Shown here piece after piece: positions 35,924 through 44,778 of a stretch of DNA of 64,000 nucleotides. Source of the stretch: Gemmatimonadota bacterium (GTDB lineage: Bacteria; Gemmatimonadota; Gemmatimonadetes; Gemmatimonadales; GWC2-71-9). Numbering within the stretch: position 1 is the first letter of the stretch; every line of letters starts with the position of its first letter. The stretch spans positions 2,367 to 66,366 of the forward strand of contig JBDHJR010000015.1 of the NCBI GenBank assembly GCA_039586815.1, read 5' to 3'. The notes beneath the pieces are model-generated. The model made no database searches, was not told the DNA's origin, and saw only the letters and a list, made by a program, of their open reading frames with translations. Made by a program: the position numbers and the translations under genes.

Positions 35924-35966
35924 CAACGTGCAGCGGGGCCCGAGCGAGTCGGGGCGCTGCACGTTG
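35924..35966. terminator. Long hairpin between convergent genes (possible bidirectional terminator)
   Basis: Perfect 12-bp stem CAACGTGCAGCG / CGCTGCACGTTG with an inner CCGA/TCGG extension. No clear U-tract. Confidence 0.45.
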
Positions 35967-35993
35967 CGCGTTGTACGCTGACCGGCCGTTGAG

Positions 35994-38420
35994 CTACTCG
36001 TAGCGCAACGCCTGCACCGGATCCACCAGCGTGGCCCGGCGCGCCGGCACATAAGTCGCCAACATACCCACCAAGAACAGCATCAGCGCGATCAGGAAGA
36101 AGATCACCGGATCCCACGGCTCCACCTCGAACAGCAGCACCTCGAGCCCGCGTGACAGCAGCGCGGCGATCCCCAGCCCCAGGAACAACCCCAGCCCGAG
36201 CTGGAACAGGCCCTGCTTGAGAACCAGCTTCATCACGTCGCCGGTCTGCGCTCCGAGCGCCATGCGCACGCCCAGCTCCTGGGTGCGGCGGCTCACGTAG
36301 AACGCCATCACCCCGTAGAGACCTATCGCTCCGAGGAACAGCGCCGCCGCACCGAACGCCACGAACAGGGCGCTGAAGACCTTGAATATCCAGGTGTTCT
36401 CCGCAACCTCCTCCGCTACCGTCCTGACCCAGTAGATCGGCAGGTCCGAGTCGACCGCCATCACCACGTCGCGCAGCACCGGCGCCAGCGCCGACGCGTC
36501 TCCCCCGGCCGCACGCACCGCTATGCTGAGGAACCGCGCGTCGTTCTGCGACAGGGGCAGGTAGAACCCCTCCGGCTCCTCGTTCTCCGGCGGATCCAGG
36601 TACATGTCGGGCACCACGCCCACTATCGTGAGCCACGGCTCCTCCGAGTCCGACTCACCTACGCGGATGCGCCGCCCGATCGGGCTCTCACCCGGGAAGT
36701 ACCGCTCCGCGAACGGCAGGTTCACCAGCGCAACCGGCAGGTTCTCGCGCGTGTCCTGGGTGCCGAAGTCGCGTCCCTGCAGCACGCTCACGCCGAATGT
36801 CTCGAAGTGGTTGGGCGTGATTATGGTCCGGCGCGCGAACGGGTAGTCCTGGTCGGCCTCGTAGATCTCGCCTTCCACTGCAAAGTTGGGGCGCCCTCCA
36901 CGGCCGGTGGTCGGCAGCCCGGAGGTGAGTGAGGCCTCTGCCACTCCGGGGTGGGCATCGAGCCGTGCCACCAGCTCCTCGAAGAACTGGAGCCGCACCG
37001 TCTCGTCCGGATAGTCGCTCACGAACAGGCCGACCCGCGCGGTCATCACGTTCTCGGTCTCGAACCCGAATTCGAGGTTGCCCAAATTCACGACGCTCTT
37101 GATCATGAGTCCGGCCGCCACGAGCAGCCCGCAGGAGAAGGCGATTTCCGCCACCACCAGGCTCTTGCTCAGCTTGCCGATGCGCAGGCTCGACGTGCCG
37201 CGCGACTCGTCCTTGAGGATCTCGTTCACCTTCGCGCCGGACGCCTTGAGCGCCGGCAGGATACCGGCCATCACCGCCGCGATCGCCGTGAGAGTGATCG
37301 CGAACAGCAGCACTGCCCCGTCGAGCTCGAAGGTCATCCAATACGGCGGGTCGGATCGCGCCACGGCATTGTCGAACAGACGGATTCCCACCCAGGCGAT
37401 ACCGAGCCCGAGCCCCGCGCCGACCGCGGCCAGGGTGAACGTCTCCGACAGGAACTGCGCCACGATACGCCAGCGGCCCGCTCCCAGCGCCGAGCGAATG
37501 GCCAGCTCCTTGCTGCGCACCGACACGCGCGCGAGCAACAGGTTGGCCACGTTCACACACGCTATCACCAACACTAGGAAGACCGCCGCCAACATCGTGT
37601 ACAGCAGTGCGGAAAGCTGCGAGCCCACGAACCGCTCGGTGTAGGGCTCGATCGTTGCACCTATGCCCTCGTTGGTCTCGGGGTACTCCATGGCCAGCCG
37701 CTGGGCGATGGTCGAGAACTCGGCCTGGGCCGCCTCGAGCGACACGCCGTCCTTGAGCCGCCCGAACACCCCGAGCCAGGTCCCGTCACCCCGCTCCATC
37801 TCACTGACGTTCTGCCGGTACGGCACCCACAGTTGCTCGTTCATGGGGAAGAGAAAGCCCTCGGGCATCACGCCGACGATGGTGGTGACCTCCCCGTTCA
37901 TCCGCACGGTGCGGCCGATTACGTCCGGATCGCTGCCGAAGTGGTTCTGCCACACGGCATACCCCAGGATGGCCACGTGCGGCGAGCCGGGTTGGTCTTC
38001 TCCCTCCACGAACAGGCGGCCCATGAGGGGCGGCACCCGGAGCATGTCCATCCCCCCGGCCATCATGAACGCCCCCGAGAACCGCTCGGGGCGCCCCTCG
38101 AGCCCGCTCACGTTCACCGTCCCGTTGTAGAACCCCCCGAGGTTCTCGAACGAGGTCTGCTGCTCCCGCCAGTCGAGGAAGTCGTGCACCGCGACGCCCA
38201 TGCGCTGGATGTCCTCGGCCACGTTGTTGCGTCCGATAGACATGATGCGGTGCGAGTCCTCGAACGGCAGGCCGCGGTGGATCACCCCGTAGGTGATCGA
38301 GAACATCGTGGTGGTGAGGCCGATCCCGAGCGCCAGCGCCATCACCGAGACAGCGGTGTTGCCCGGGGCCTTGAGCAGCATGCGTGCGCTGTACTTGAAG
38401 TCCTTCCAGAGCGATTCCAT
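35994..38420 (-). CDS. ABC transporter permease, duplicated MacB-periplasmic-domain/FtsX type
   Basis: 808 aa. Two large periplasmic regions, each followed by an FtsX-like 3-4 TM bundle. Confidence 0.88.
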   Translation of the reverse strand: MESLWKDFKYSARMLLKAPGNTAVSVMALALGIGLTTTMFSITYGVIHRGLPFEDSHRIMSIGRNNVAEDIQRMGVAVHDFLDWREQQTSFENLGGFYNGTVNVSGLEGRPERFSGAFMMAGGMDMLRVPPLMGRLFVEGEDQPGSPHVAILGYAVWQNHFGSDPDVIGRTVRMNGEVTTIVGVMPEGFLFPMNEQLWVPYRQNVSEMERGDGTWLGVFGRLKDGVSLEAAQAEFSTIAQRLAMEYPETNEGIGATIEPYTERFVGSQLSALLYTMLAAVFLVLVIACVNVANLLLARVSVRSKELAIRSALGAGRWRIVAQFLSETFTLAAVGAGLGLGIAWVGIRLFDNAVARSDPPYWMTFELDGAVLLFAITLTAIAAVMAGILPALKASGAKVNEILKDESRGTSSLRIGKLSKSLVVAEIAFSCGLLVAAGLMIKSVVNLGNLEFGFETENVMTARVGLFVSDYPDETVRLQFFEELVARLDAHPGVAEASLTSGLPTTGRGGRPNFAVEGEIYEADQDYPFARRTIITPNHFETFGVSVLQGRDFGTQDTRENLPVALVNLPFAERYFPGESPIGRRIRVGESDSEEPWLTIVGVVPDMYLDPPENEEPEGFYLPLSQNDARFLSIAVRAAGGDASALAPVLRDVVMAVDSDLPIYWVRTVAEEVAENTWIFKVFSALFVAFGAAALFLGAIGLYGVMAFYVSRRTQELGVRMALGAQTGDVMKLVLKQGLFQLGLGLFLGLGIAALLSRGLEVLLFEVEPWDPVIFFLIALMLFLVGMLATYVPARRATLVDPVQALRYE

Positions 38421-38429
38421 GGGGCGCCC

Positions 38430-39188
38430 CTAGCTGTTCGCGGCCTGCTTCAACTCGAAGCCGGCCTGCTCGAGCTCATGCAGCTTCCCGCCGTTGCCGT
38501 TCTCCTCTTTGACGATCTGACCGTCGAACAAGTGAATCGCCCGGTCCGCGTGATGCGCGTAGCGCGGATCGTGCGTCACCATGCAGATCGTGGCGCCTTC
38601 GCGGTGCAGCTCCTCGAGCAGATTCATCACAGCCTCGCCGTTCTTCGAGTCGAGGTTACCGGTCGGCTCGTCGGCCAGGAGAATCACCGGCCGCCCCGCG
38701 ATGGCGCGTGCCACCGCGACGCGCTGCTGCTGTCCGCCGGAGAGCTGCGAGGGGTAATGCTTGGCGCGGTGGCTCATCTGCACCCTCTCCAGTGCCTCCG
38801 CGACCCGCTCCTGCCGCTCTCCCTTGGGGACGTCGCGGTAGGTGAGCGGCAGCTCCACGTTCTCGCGCACCGTGAGGTCACCTATCAGGTTGAAGGCCTG
38901 GAAGATGAAACCGATCTGCCGGTTGCGGACGTAAGCGCGGTCGCGCCGCGTCAGGTTCGAAACCGTCTCGCCGCTGAGGTAGTAGGTGCCGTCGCTCGGG
39001 GTGTCGAGCAGACCCAGGATAGAGAGTAAGGTGCTCTTGCCGCATCCAGAGGGACCGGCAATCGCCACGTACTCGCCCTCCTTGATGTCCAGGTTCACCC
39101 CGTCCAACGCGTGTGTCTCCACCTCATCGGTATAGAAGACCTTGCGCAGGTCCTCGAGCTTGATGAGCGATCCGTTTGCTTTAACCAT
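38430..39188 (-). CDS. ABC transporter ATP-binding protein (MacB/LolD-like)
   Basis: [34 protein letters not shown]. Confidence 0.95.
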   Translation of the reverse strand: MVKANGSLIKLEDLRKVFYTDEVETHALDGVNLDIKEGEYVAIAGPSGCGKSTLLSILGLLDTPSDGTYYLSGETVSNLTRRDRAYVRNRQIGFIFQAFNLIGDLTVRENVELPLTYRDVPKGERQERVAEALERVQMSHRAKHYPSQLSGGQQQRVAVARAIAGRPVILLADEPTGNLDSKNGEAVMNLLEELHREGATICMVTHDPRYAHHADRAIHLFDGQIVKEENGNGGKLHELEQAGFELKQAANS

Positions 39189-39200
39189 GTCCGCTCCTTG

Positions 39201-40445
39201 TCAGCGCAGCCGGATCCGATCTTCGTCGTCCCACTGCGACATGTCCGACAGAATCACCTGATCTCCCTCGACCAACCCGTCGAGAATCTGGATGGCGTTG
39301 ACCGACCCCCGACCCAACCGCACACGCACCCGCTCCGCGTAGTTGCCGTCAGCCGTGAGGCGGAACAGGCCTACGGTGCTGCCCGACTGCCCGAACACCG
39401 GCCGCCCCATGTGCAGCACGTCTTCCAGCCGCTCGATCTCGATCATCCCGTCAACCGCCAGCTCGGGCCGTGCCCCCGGGGGCAGCTCGCCATCGAGTGC
39501 GACGTCCACGTTCACCGCACCGCTCTGCACCCCCGGGTCGATACGGATGACCCGTCCCAGGATGGTGTCGGTACGGGTATCGATCAGCGCCCTGAGCCCG
39601 ACCGTGACGTCACGGGCCTGCACTTCGGGGATGCGCACCACCGCCTTGAGACGCTCCGGCTGCACCACCTTGGCCAGCGTCTGGCCCGGGAGCACCCACT
39701 GCCCCTCCTCCACCTCGATCGCCTGGAGCACGCCGGGAGTGCCGGCCACGACCCGCATGGAAGCGATGCGCTCGCGATGGAACTGCACGATGTTCCGCAG
39801 TCGCGTGACCTGCGACTGCTGCACCTCGAGTTGCTCCCCGATGGCGCCGGCCTGGATCTCCAGTCGCTGACGCTCGATGTCGAGGCGCGTGGCCAGGTCC
39901 TCGGCCCGCTCCTTCGCGGTCAGGGCCTGCGACGCAGCCATCAGATTGCGCTGCACCAGCTCGTCCGCCGCCTCGGCGTCGCGCTTGGCCTCGAGGTATT
40001 GGGTCCGCGTGGACGCCACCACCGCCTCCTGATTGAGGCGCCCCGTCTCGAGCGTCGTGCGGAGGGTGACTAGCTGGGCCCGCACGGTGGAGAGCTGCCG
40101 CTCGGCTTCGAGCAGCTCGAGCTGAACGTCGGGGTTGCTGAGCTCGAGCAGGACGGTGCCCGGCTCCACTCGGACGCCCGGATCGAGATGGCGGCGCTCC
40201 ACGCGGCCCGCCGTGACCGCCGGCACCCAGCGGATCTGTTCAGGGACCAGCGTGCCGGGGCCGCGCACCTGGCGCAGCATGGTGCCGCGCTGCACGACGT
40301 CTACGAACACGGTGGAGCGCTCCACCGATGGGACGGCAGGCTGGAGCCCGATCAGGGCAACCGCCACGAACGCGACTGCCGTGAAGGCTCCGGCACCATA
40401 CACGTACTTCGCCTTCCGCTTGCGAGGCGCGCGGGGAATGTCCAT
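39201..40445 (-). CDS. HlyD-family periplasmic adaptor (MacA-like)
   Basis: 414 aa. N-terminal TM anchor, central coiled-coil hairpin, barrel-sandwich/beta-barrel pattern. Adjacent to the ABC pair. Confidence 0.85.
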   Translation of the reverse strand: MDIPRAPRKRKAKYVYGAGAFTAVAFVAVALIGLQPAVPSVERSTVFVDVVQRGTMLRQVRGPGTLVPEQIRWVPAVTAGRVERRHLDPGVRVEPGTVLLELSNPDVQLELLEAERQLSTVRAQLVTLRTTLETGRLNQEAVVASTRTQYLEAKRDAEAADELVQRNLMAASQALTAKERAEDLATRLDIERQRLEIQAGAIGEQLEVQQSQVTRLRNIVQFHRERIASMRVVAGTPGVLQAIEVEEGQWVLPGQTLAKVVQPERLKAVVRIPEVQARDVTVGLRALIDTRTDTILGRVIRIDPGVQSGAVNVDVALDGELPPGARPELAVDGMIEIERLEDVLHMGRPVFGQSGSTVGLFRLTADGNYAERVRVRLGRGSVNAIQILDGLVEGDQVILSDMSQWDDEDRIRLR

Positions 40446-40529
40446 GGCGCACGCTCCTTCCTCGTCCCACAGGGCACTACGATCCTACAAATCGGGAAGT
40501 TTCCGCGGCGCTTGGGGTTAGACGCCGAA

Positions 40530-40559
40530 GGGGCCCGCCGGCAATTGCAAGCGAGCCCC
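40530..40559 (-). terminator. Possible terminator hairpin downstream of rocD
   Basis: GGGGCUCGC-(12 nt)-GCGGGCCCC, a 9-bp stem with one G-U pair, followed by UUCGGCGUC. Weak U-tract. Confidence 0.3.
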
Positions 40560-40584
40560 TTTCAATTGACGCCCCCTACTGCTA

Positions 40585-41799
40585 CTAGTAGCGCACTGCC
40601 GCCCCTTCCAGCACTTCGGCGGTGTGCCGCAGGGCCCACTCGAGATCCGCCTTCTCGACCACCAGGGGAGGCGCGAAGCGAACCACCTGCTCGTGGGTTT
40701 CCTTGGCCAGGATGCCGCGCTCCATGAGGCCCTCGCAGAACGGCCGGGCCGGGCCGCTCTCCCGCTTGATCTCCACTCCGATCATCAGGCCCCTGCCCCG
40801 CACCTCATGAACGTGCGGTGAGTTCATGGCGCGCAGCTCGCTCATGAACCAGTCACCCAGCTCGCGCGCCCGCTCGGGCAGCTGCTCGTCCACGATCACC
40901 TTGAGCGCGGCCCGCGCCACCGCGGCACCCAGTGGGTTGCCGCCGAAAGTGGAGCCGTGGTCGCCGGGGGCGAACACGTCCATCACCTCTTCCCCGGCCA
41001 GCATCGCGGATACCGGATAGAAGCCGCCGCTCAGGGCCTTGCCCACGACCAGGACATCCGGCTTCACCCCTTCCCAGTCGCAGCAGAACAGCTGGCCGGT
41101 GCGGCCCAACCCGGTCTGGATCTCGTCCGCCACCAGCAGCACGTTGTTCCGCTCGCAGATCTCGGCCACCTGGCGCAGGTACCCGTCGGGCGGCACGATC
41201 ACACCGCCCTCGCCCTGGAGCGGCTCGAACATGAAGGCCGCAGTGTTGGGCGTGATCGCGGACTCGAGGGCCGCCGCGTCGCCGTAGGGTATGATCTGGA
41301 ACCCCGGCGTCAGCGGCCCGAAGCCCTCGCGGTAGGCCTCCTCGGTCGAGAACGACACCACAGTGGTGGTGCGCCCGTGGAAGTTGTTGGCGCACACTAC
41401 GATCTCGGCCTGATCGGCTCGGATCCCCTTCTTCCGGTAGCCCCAGCGTCGCACCGCCTTGATCGCGGTCTCCACGGCCTCGGCTCCGGAGTTCATGGGC
41501 AGCGCCTTCTCGTACCCGGCCATGTCGCACAGCTCGCGCAGGAACGGACCCATCTGATCGTTGTGGAATGCGCGCGACGTCAGGGTGAGCCGGTCGATCT
41601 GCTGCTTCGCCGCCTCGACAATGGCCGGGTGGCGGTGCCCCTGGTTGACCGCCGAGTACGCTGCCAGGCAGTCGAGGTACTTCTTCCCCTCTATGTCCCA
41701 CACCCAGGCCCCCTCCCCGCGCGACAGGATGATGGGAAGCGGATGGTAGTTGTGGGCACTGTAGCGATCGACCTCGGCGAGATAGTCGGCGGTGTTCAT
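40585..41799 (-). CDS. rocD: Ornithine--oxo-acid aminotransferase
   Basis: 404 aa class-III PLP aminotransferase. YSAHNYHPLPIILSRGEGAWVWD, SAVNQGHRHP, ADEIQTGLGRTG. Confidence 0.88.
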   Translation of the reverse strand: MNTADYLAEVDRYSAHNYHPLPIILSRGEGAWVWDIEGKKYLDCLAAYSAVNQGHRHPAIVEAAKQQIDRLTLTSRAFHNDQMGPFLRELCDMAGYEKALPMNSGAEAVETAIKAVRRWGYRKKGIRADQAEIVVCANNFHGRTTTVVSFSTEEAYREGFGPLTPGFQIIPYGDAAALESAITPNTAAFMFEPLQGEGGVIVPPDGYLRQVAEICERNNVLLVADEIQTGLGRTGQLFCCDWEGVKPDVLVVGKALSGGFYPVSAMLAGEEVMDVFAPGDHGSTFGGNPLGAAVARAALKVIVDEQLPERARELGDWFMSELRAMNSPHVHEVRGRGLMIGVEIKRESGPARPFCEGLMERGILAKETHEQVVRFAPPLVVEKADLEWALRHTAEVLEGAAVRY

Positions 41800-41829
41800 G
41801 GACTTCCTTCTGTATGGTGAATGGTTGGG

Positions 41830-42111
41830 TTACTGCGCGTCTGCCGCCCCGGGGAGCCTCGGCCGCTCCCGCTGCTGCTGGATGACGCGCTCGGCGAAAT
41901 CGAGACGCTCCTCTACATCCACGAAGCGCTCGTGGCTGCCCGCGGCCAGCTCGAGCAGGCGCTCCTCGTTCTGCGCCAGCCGCCCGTCCATCTCCTCCAC
42001 CTTGCGAATCAGGGCGGGGTCACCCGCCTGACCGCTCAGGCGCTTGGCAACCGCCGGAGCCACCTTCGAGGCAACGATGATGAACGCTATGCCGATGAGG
42101 AGTTCGCCCAT
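41830..42111 (-). CDS. Small membrane-anchored coiled-coil protein (paralogue A)
   Basis: 93 aa. N-terminal TM helix, then ...ERFVDVEERLDFAERVIQQQ. Resembles the neighbouring gene. Confidence 0.5.
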   Translation of the reverse strand: MGELLIGIAFIIVASKVAPAVAKRLSGQAGDPALIRKVEEMDGRLAQNEERLLELAAGSHERFVDVEERLDFAERVIQQQRERPRLPGAADAQ

Positions 42112-42237
42112 GTCTTCTCTAATCTAGGGAACCAGGCGTGCCCTTTCCATGGTTACGCTGCAGCACACCTCTCAAACGGAGCCGCCGGATGCGGGGTTTC
42201 ATCACATTCATGCAGGGCGCGCTGCGCTCGCCGATGG

Positions 42238-42477
42238 TCAGTCCCCCGGCTTGAGGCGTGCCGCCTCCCGCACTTGCTCCAGCAATCGCTCGTGGAAGTC
42301 CACCCGCTCGTGCAGCTCTGCAACCTCGTCTGCCAGCCGCTCGAGCGCTTCGCGCGTCTCTTCATTCGAGTGCTTGCGGGAGTCCACCCACCTCGCTGCC
42401 ACCCAGACACTGCCCCCGGCCACAGTGAGCGCCGCTACTCCGAAGAGCGCCGGTGCTGCAAAAACGAAGAATTCCAT
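42238..42477 (-). CDS. Small membrane-anchored coiled-coil protein (paralogue B)
   Basis: 79 aa from ATG 42477. TM helix, then ...LADEVAELHERVDFHERLLEQV. The longer ORF-track frame overlaps the hydrolase gene and was discarded. Confidence 0.5.
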   Translation of the reverse strand: MEFFVFAAPALFGVAALTVAGGSVWVAARWVDSRKHSNEETREALERLADEVAELHERVDFHERLLEQVREAARLKPGD

Positions 42478-42482
42478 ATCGC

Positions 42483-43355
42483 CTAGTCCGTCCCCTGCTC
42501 GCGCAGTTGGCTCAGCAGCTCGTCCATCGACTGGTTGAAGGTCTCGGGGTCGTCCATCATCAGGAAGTGGCCCACCCCCTCCATCGTTCGCACCTCGATG
42601 GAGGGCGCGTAGCGCCGCAGCGCCTCGAGGTTGGTCGGGCTGCGTTCGGCATTGATGGCCGCCAGTGGAGCCTCCACACCGCGCAGCGCCGCCCCTCCCT
42701 GCTCGTTCCACCAGAGGTAGGCGTTCTCGGATACGGCGAGCGCGATCTCGGGTGGCGCCGCGCTCATGTCCCCCGCCACGCGGTCCACCAGAGCGGAATC
42801 CGCGCCCGGCGCGAACATCATCGTGCGCACGATGGTCTCCGTCATCTCCGCGAAGTTGGCGCGCATCGGCTCCAGGATCATCTGCACCTGCTCGGCGGAG
42901 ACCCTCTGATCGGGGTCGAACCACGACTCGACCCCCACAACGCCGACAAGCCTGTCGGGAATGCGCCGGGCTGCCTCGAGCACGACGAACCCTCCCACCG
43001 AGTGGCCGATCAGCACCACTTCCTCGAGCCCCAGCTGACCCACCACGGTGGCCACGTCCTCCCCGAACGCCTCGATCGTCCACTCCTCGCGACCCGCTCC
43101 CGACTGGCCATGGCCGGGCAGGTCGATGGCCACCACCCGATGGCGCGGCGCGAAGTGCCGCATCTGGGCGTCCCAGTACGTACGGTCACACGACCAACCA
43201 TGCACGAACACCAGCGCCGGCCCGCCCGCACCGCGCACCGCATAGCGGATCGGCACTCCGTCGCCGGAGAGGGCCTCACCGGTGGTGACCTCTCCGATGC
43301 ACGAGGCGGTCAGCAGCGCGAGCAACAGCGTGGCGGACAATCGAACGCCGGTCAT
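42483..43355 (-). CDS. Alpha/beta-fold hydrolase, probable lipoprotein
   Basis: Signal/lipobox-like MTGVRLSATLLLALLTASC. HGWSCD oxyanion region and GHSVGG nucleophile elbow. Confidence 0.85.
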   Translation of the reverse strand: MTGVRLSATLLLALLTASCIGEVTTGEALSGDGVPIRYAVRGAGGPALVFVHGWSCDRTYWDAQMRHFAPRHRVVAIDLPGHGQSGAGREEWTIEAFGEDVATVVGQLGLEEVVLIGHSVGGFVVLEAARRIPDRLVGVVGVESWFDPDQRVSAEQVQMILEPMRANFAEMTETIVRTMMFAPGADSALVDRVAGDMSAAPPEIALAVSENAYLWWNEQGGAALRGVEAPLAAINAERSPTNLEALRRYAPSIEVRTMEGVGHFLMMDDPETFNQSMDELLSQLREQGTD

Positions 43356-43445
43356 GGCACAGCTCCGTGAGAGGGTGCCGGGGAAGATGCCCAGGGGCCG
43401 GGCGTTTCGACAAGCGTGATCCACGGCGCATCGCAGGAACGTACA

Positions 43446-43865
43446 ATGCGACACGTTGCGGCCATGCGAGCCAAACCCATGGTCGTCGTATTCCTCCTCG
43501 GGATCGCGGTGGGAATCGCCCTGACCGCCACCATCTGGCGGCGCGCCGCTCCCGGCGCCGACCTACCAGGCACCGAACGAGCCCTGACCGCCGCGGAACT
43601 GGAGAAGGTGACTGGGCTAGTCGGGATCCGCAACGACGGAGCCCTTTGCGGGGACCTCTACAACGGAAACCGCGAGGTCAGCGTGACCGAAGTGGAGCTG
43701 CGCGTCGTGTCGTTTGCCGGCGCGGACTCCACGGCACGCAGCTACCTGTACGGCCCGGCCGATTGGGCCATCGCGCCGCTCGGCACACGGAAGTTCTGCA
43801 TCGGGTTCCTGCTCGAGGACGACGAGAACTTCACCTGGGGCATCGTCGCCGCGCGCGGCAGCTAG
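43446..43865 (+). CDS. Hypothetical membrane-anchored protein
   Basis: One TM helix (MVVVFLLGIAVGIALTATIW), then about 100 aa not recognised. Start ambiguous: ATG 43446, 43464 or 43479. Confidence 0.45.
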   Translation: MRHVAAMRAKPMVVVFLLGIAVGIALTATIWRRAAPGADLPGTERALTAAELEKVTGLVGIRNDGALCGDLYNGNREVSVTEVELRVVSFAGADSTARSYLYGPADWAIAPLGTRKFCIGFLLEDDENFTWGIVAARGS

Positions 43866-43997
43866 AGCCTCCGGGTGGAGACAGTGTCGCCGACACTCCG
43901 CACCGGTGATACGGGTCACGACGCCCGCTTCAGGGGACCGTTAGCTTCGCGTCAGTCGCGCAGGCTGGTCGCACCACGAACACCGGGGAGGGCTTCG

Positions 43998-44465
43998 ATG
44001 GGTAAGCCTCGTCTGGCGATCTCGCACGAACCTGAGGTCCAGCAGTCGGTGCTGGCTCGCGGTGTGCGGATCCATGGTACCGTACATACGGAAGGCGTTG
44101 TGCGCATCGAGGGAACGGTGGACGGTGACGTGAGAGCTGGGGGACAGGTGCTGGTGGCTCCGGGAGGCTTCATCGAGGGAGATGTGGTGACACGCCATGC
44201 GGTCGTCGGGGGCGAGGTACGGGGACAGATCCTGGCCGAGACCCTGGTGGAGATCCGCAGCGGCGGAGAGATCCGGGGCAATGTCGTGACCCCGCGCATC
44301 GCCGTCGAGGAGGGTGGGACCGTGAACGGCATGCTGCGCACGGCTCAGCCGCCGGACCTCGCATCACTGCTCCGGCCGCCGGAGTCCGAAGGTGCCGAGG
44401 GCGAGCCGGAAACACAGGCGGCGCCGGCCGACCCCGACATCAGGGTGCTGCGCTCGGCCAGCTGA
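43998..44465 (+). CDS. Bactofilin-family cytoskeletal protein
   Basis: Repetitive beta-helix pattern (IHGTVHTEGVVRIEGTVDGDVRAGGQVLVAPGGFIEGDVV...VGGEVRGQI...GGEIRGNVVTPRIAVEEGGTVNG) and a Pro-rich tail. Confidence 0.85.
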   Translation: MGKPRLAISHEPEVQQSVLARGVRIHGTVHTEGVVRIEGTVDGDVRAGGQVLVAPGGFIEGDVVTRHAVVGGEVRGQILAETLVEIRSGGEIRGNVVTPRIAVEEGGTVNGMLRTAQPPDLASLLRPPESEGAEGEPETQAAPADPDIRVLRSAS

Positions 44466-44489
44466 CCGATGCGGTCCAGAGCAAGCAAA

Positions 44490-44518
44490 GAGCCCCCGCC
44501 TGCCAAAGGCGGGGGCTC
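44490..44518. terminator. Intrinsic terminator hairpin between bactofilin (+) and the tRNA genes (-), possibly bidirectional
   Basis: Perfect 11-bp stem GAGCCCCCGCC / GGCGGGGGCTC with a 7-nt loop, followed by TTCGTTC on the plus strand. Confidence 0.6.
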
Positions 44519-44527
44519 TTCGTTCAG

Positions 44528-44601
44528 TGGGCGGTGGCGGATTCGAACCGCCGACCTCCGGTATGTGAGACCGGCGCTCTAACCAACTGAGCTAACCACC
44601 C
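44528..44601 (-). tRNA. tRNA-Val (anticodon CAC)
   Basis: Cloverleaf folded by hand. Acceptor GGGTGGT/ACCGCCC, anticodon stem CCGGT/ACCGG, loop CT-CAC-AT, T-arm GGCGGTTCGAATCCGCC. CCA is not encoded. Confidence 0.93.
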
Positions 44602-44651
44602 AGGACTCCAAACCTAACGGGGCACGGGCCGCCTCGAAAGCCGGGAACCAA

Positions 44652-44724
44652 TGGGCCCTGTAGGATTTGAACCTACGACCGACGGATTATGAGTCCGCTG
44701 CTCTAACCACTGAGCTAAGGGCCC
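44652..44724 (-). tRNA. tRNA with CAT anticodon (elongator Met or lysidine-modified Ile2; not an initiator)
   Basis: GGGCCCTTAGCTCAGTGGTTAGAGCAGCGGACTCATAATCCGTCGGTCGTAGGTTCAAATCCTACAGGGCCCA. The G1-C72 pair and lack of the 3xGC anticodon stem argue against tRNA-fMet. The D-arm resembles my recollection of E. coli ileX. Confidence 0.9.
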
Positions 44725-44778
44725 GACAACTCATTAATTTCGGGGCTGCAGGCAGCCTTTTCAAGGAGCGGACCTCAC

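Noticed and set aside
43356-43463. Possible replication origin at the coding-strand switch.
   Set aside because: There is no dnaA or dnaN nearby and no AT-rich unwinding element. Only one partial DnaA-box-like string (TGATCCACG) is present. This needs whole-replicon GC skew to revisit.
43883-43897. 15-bp palindrome AGTGTCG-C-CGACACT upstream of bactofilin.
   Set aside because: It could be a short hairpin after the preceding gene or an operator. It is a single copy with no supporting context.
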